Assembly (NCBI GenBank): GCA_051294375.1
Contig: CM119267.1
Coordinates: forward strand, 14,315,694-14,379,693
Origin: Paraspadella gotoi
Taxonomy: Eukaryota; Animalia; Chaetognatha
Reading direction: 5' to 3'
DNA: 64,000 nucleotides
How positions within the stretch are numbered: the stretch's first letter is position 1; the number at the start of each line of letters is the position of its first letter. Below are positions 61,001 through 64,000 of the stretch, one piece after another. Under the pieces are notes generated by a model that worked only from the letters and a program-made list of their open reading frames with translations, was not told the DNA's origin and did no database searches. A program made the position numbers and the translations under genes.

Positions 61001-64000
61001 ATAATATTAAAATTGAAATTATCACATAAAAAACAATGTCAGACCTTGTAAGGAGTAATTTAGTCAAGTTATCGCGCATTTATAATATATTTTTTTATAA
61101 AAAAGCTTTTCTCATCGATTGTACGTATGGCTAAAGTAGATATGGCCGAAGAGAGAGTTGGAAAAATAATTCGTATTTTTTCGGAAATTTCCAAGTTGCT
61201 TCGCGATCTCGGAACAGCGGAAACGATGTACCCACTATGCATGCTTGGCCATCGTTGGATTCTACTCGGGAGCATTTGTTGGTCAAAGCCTTTATGGTTG
61301 TCTATGTGATAGGATCGGTCGTCGACCGTTTTACTCGTTTGTTTATTATCAGTATTGTCACAAGTATTTAATATATTTAATGTATAAAAGGGCGTCTGAG
61401 AGCGGGGATTGCCCATTTCACCGCCGTTGCATAGCTAAGGCTTCGACCCTCCGTGGTCTCTGCCTCCATGGGCTTTTTTACGTACGTAATATCCCTCCCA
61501 GTCATACTTGCCTTGGGACCTGTATCTCTTGTCAGGGGTTGATATCAAAATTCGCATCGATAGTCCATTTATATCGTCATTAGGACTCTATATAAAATTT
61601 AATGATCGATCGGGTAGTTGGTGGGAACAGATTTTGGTCCACAAAAAACGGGTACCTATTTTATAATATAAAGCCTTTTGTACAGTCATTAAACTCAAAT
61701 CCTATTTTTTCCCAAAATAGTATTTATTTGGCTTTCGTACCCAACTATGCCTGCTGGTGTCCGCTCGTGTCATCGCTGTCTGATTAGGCGGAGCTCGCAA
61801 CTTTCCAAAGCCGTCATCGCGACGTTTCCGACGACAGCAATGTCGCCGTGGATTCTCGCTCTACGCCGTCGGTTGGAGCACTAGTGTCATGGTTGGGGCT
61901 TTAATCGGGGGAGATGTTATCGGAGCCGGTGAAAAATACCCAGCAATATTCGGCTTGGATTGTCTCGTTGTTTTTTCCGACCGCCCATACTCCTCCCCTG
62001 TTTGGTCGGTCATCCATCAACGCACTGGCGTTTGTTCTCTAGTATCTTTGCCCTGGACGAAACTAAAGGGCTGTGATCGCCAAGAAAAGACACAATCGCT
62101 TCGACGTAAGTCCGACAAAGGCCTAAGGTCGGACGCGAGTCGCTGGAGAAGGCCGACGATTTTAACAACAACCGCGAAAAGATAGAAAGGAGTCGCGGAT
62201 GCGCAAAATATCCACCGAGTTTACAGCATTTTCAGGACGTTTCAATAAATCAGCAATCTTTAGCCCCCTTCATTCTTGTCCCGCGATCCTTCTTCGGATG
62301 GGTGGGATACCTGGCGACGTGGGAGTCGAATCTCGCCGAATCGCAATGAAGCGTGCCCCTATTGAAACATGCTGAACCGTCCGTCTTGCATGTCTTGCGC
62401 CAAAGGGGTCCGTGATCGCCATGTGTATTACGGATTGTATTCGTTTTAAATGTTTGTTCTCGGACGAGACGACACCGGTGAGGAATCTTTTGGCTTCGAA
62501 ATCCGTTGCCCAAATAACGTTTAGTAATTCTGATTTTTTCGTAACTCGCAGTCTGGGTTGGACTAATCCATTTATGGTGGACTAAATTCACGACTAGCGA
62601 ATTGGCATGTTGACGGATGCCGGCTTTTTCATTGTGTATCTTTCGCTATATCTTGCCCACTGACGCTGGAATAATCGGAGCAAAAAAAGCATTTATTTTT
62701 GGAATGTTTGACCGTGCTCGTTACATACCATGTTTATTCGGTTAACTTGATCATTCCAGGTCAATTAATGATGGAATCTAAGGCTTTATGATAATATAAA
62801 TCATAATTGATAATTAATTGATTAAGAATATAAATTAAGAATTAACTGAAAAAACCTAAAAGTACTAAAAAAACGTGAATTTCAATATTTTTGCTTTTCA
62901 ACACTCCTGGTTGCGGCGAAAAGTTTTTTTTTTAGATAAAAATTTTTAGTTGAAAGAGTTTAGAAATATTACTGTGAAACTTTAATCTCAGTTGCATATT
63001 GGAGTAAGCCATTTTATCTCAAATCTTTTATTTTGGTACCAAGGTAAATTCCCAAGGTTTTGTAAAGATATTCCAACCCGTCCTGTCAGAAGCTTGCCAG
63101 ACTATCATATTATTGTCGATTCAAATGTGGTCTAATTATATAATATATATCCTTAAATTAGTACATAGAGGCTAGTGATTCAAACTTAGAATAGTATTAC
63201 ATCAGAATTTATATTTATTGTTTTATACATGTATTTATATACACGTATAAATAGCCATAAGCCGACTGAAATTTAAATGTAATATATACAGCGTTAAAAT
63301 TATCTATCATGAGCATAGTTATTGTATATAAAATATTTTTGTCAAAAATGCTTTCTTTTGAGGCTACTAGCCTAATTAAAAATATTATATTACTATATAG
63401 AGCAAAATGTTTTATTTTAAAATTTTTTTAAGGATTCTGATAGAGTATAAAAGTTAACAATAAATATATTACAACTTTTAAAATTCTTACGTATTCTAAG
63501 TGAAAATATAACAAGTTGAGCAAACATGGCGAATCTGCCTATGATAATTAAGCGGTTATTAGATAATCAGATGATAAATGAGAAATTCTTTCAATTTTGA
63601 TCCTAACGGATCATAACATATCGTACCATACCAAACCAGTAATCACAAACAAATGATTTTTACTATTATTATTTTCGACTCGCATTATTTTTTTAACTTG
63701 CATCATTTTTCGACTTGCATCATTTTTTTTAAATTTGCAAATTATTTCATCTTGCATCATTTTTTTTAACTTGTATCATTTTTGCAACTTGCATCATTTT
63801 TTTCACTTTAATTAATTAATTATAAATTAATTAAATAATTGAGGCATAAACAATAAAAATTCAAGTCAATTAAGTTTTTTCCATGTACGACGGCCATCAT
63901 TTTTTTTTTCATAATTTATCATATTTGAGGTTCTGATATGATAAAAATTATTTACCGACAAGATTTTGGGTAGGACCGACGGACGACAGTGAATTATAGA
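52027..64000 (+). repeat. Direct duplicate of 32660-43809 (3' GTF3C5, RPP38, POU, orphan, repeats, MFS relic), probably an assembly artefact
   Basis: Starts right after an N gap. 52027 to ~61040 is collinear but full of 1-nt indels. From ~61040 it appears identical at a constant offset of 20191 (identical ORFs at 40878/61069 and 42059/62250). Confidence 0.92.

Overview
Eukaryotic DNA from an invertebrate-type animal, not a prokaryote; the species cannot be determined from sequence. It has short GT-AG introns, GC-rich exons, very AT-rich spacers, and a POU homeobox, LAMTOR5 and EXD1. Positions 1-35.7 kb hold 16-17 consecutive + strand genes: partial ORF, LAMTOR5, ACTMAP/C19orf54, a multi-RRM protein, an orphan, a possible sORF, EXD1, a CRT-like transporter, ValRS, a bacterial-type AcuI/YhdH reductase, ASCC1, an HMG-box protein, ADAT3, GTF3C5, RPP38, a divergent POU gene and a second orphan. 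Most spacers are 18-280 nt, and almost every start codon follows an unpaired pyrimidine-rich AG acceptor. This is the signature of a very long SL-trans-spliced operon. It contains a tRNA-biogenesis run (ADAT3-GTF3C5-RPP38, plus ValRS) and an apparently horizontally acquired acryloyl-CoA reductase. The 36-52 kb region has repeats and frameshifted gene relics (ZIFL-like MFS, F-box/WD40-like). Positions 52,027-64,000 repeat 32,660-43,809, partly with long-read-like indels, and are probably an assembly artefact. All identifications come from motif recognition by eye; no searches were run.
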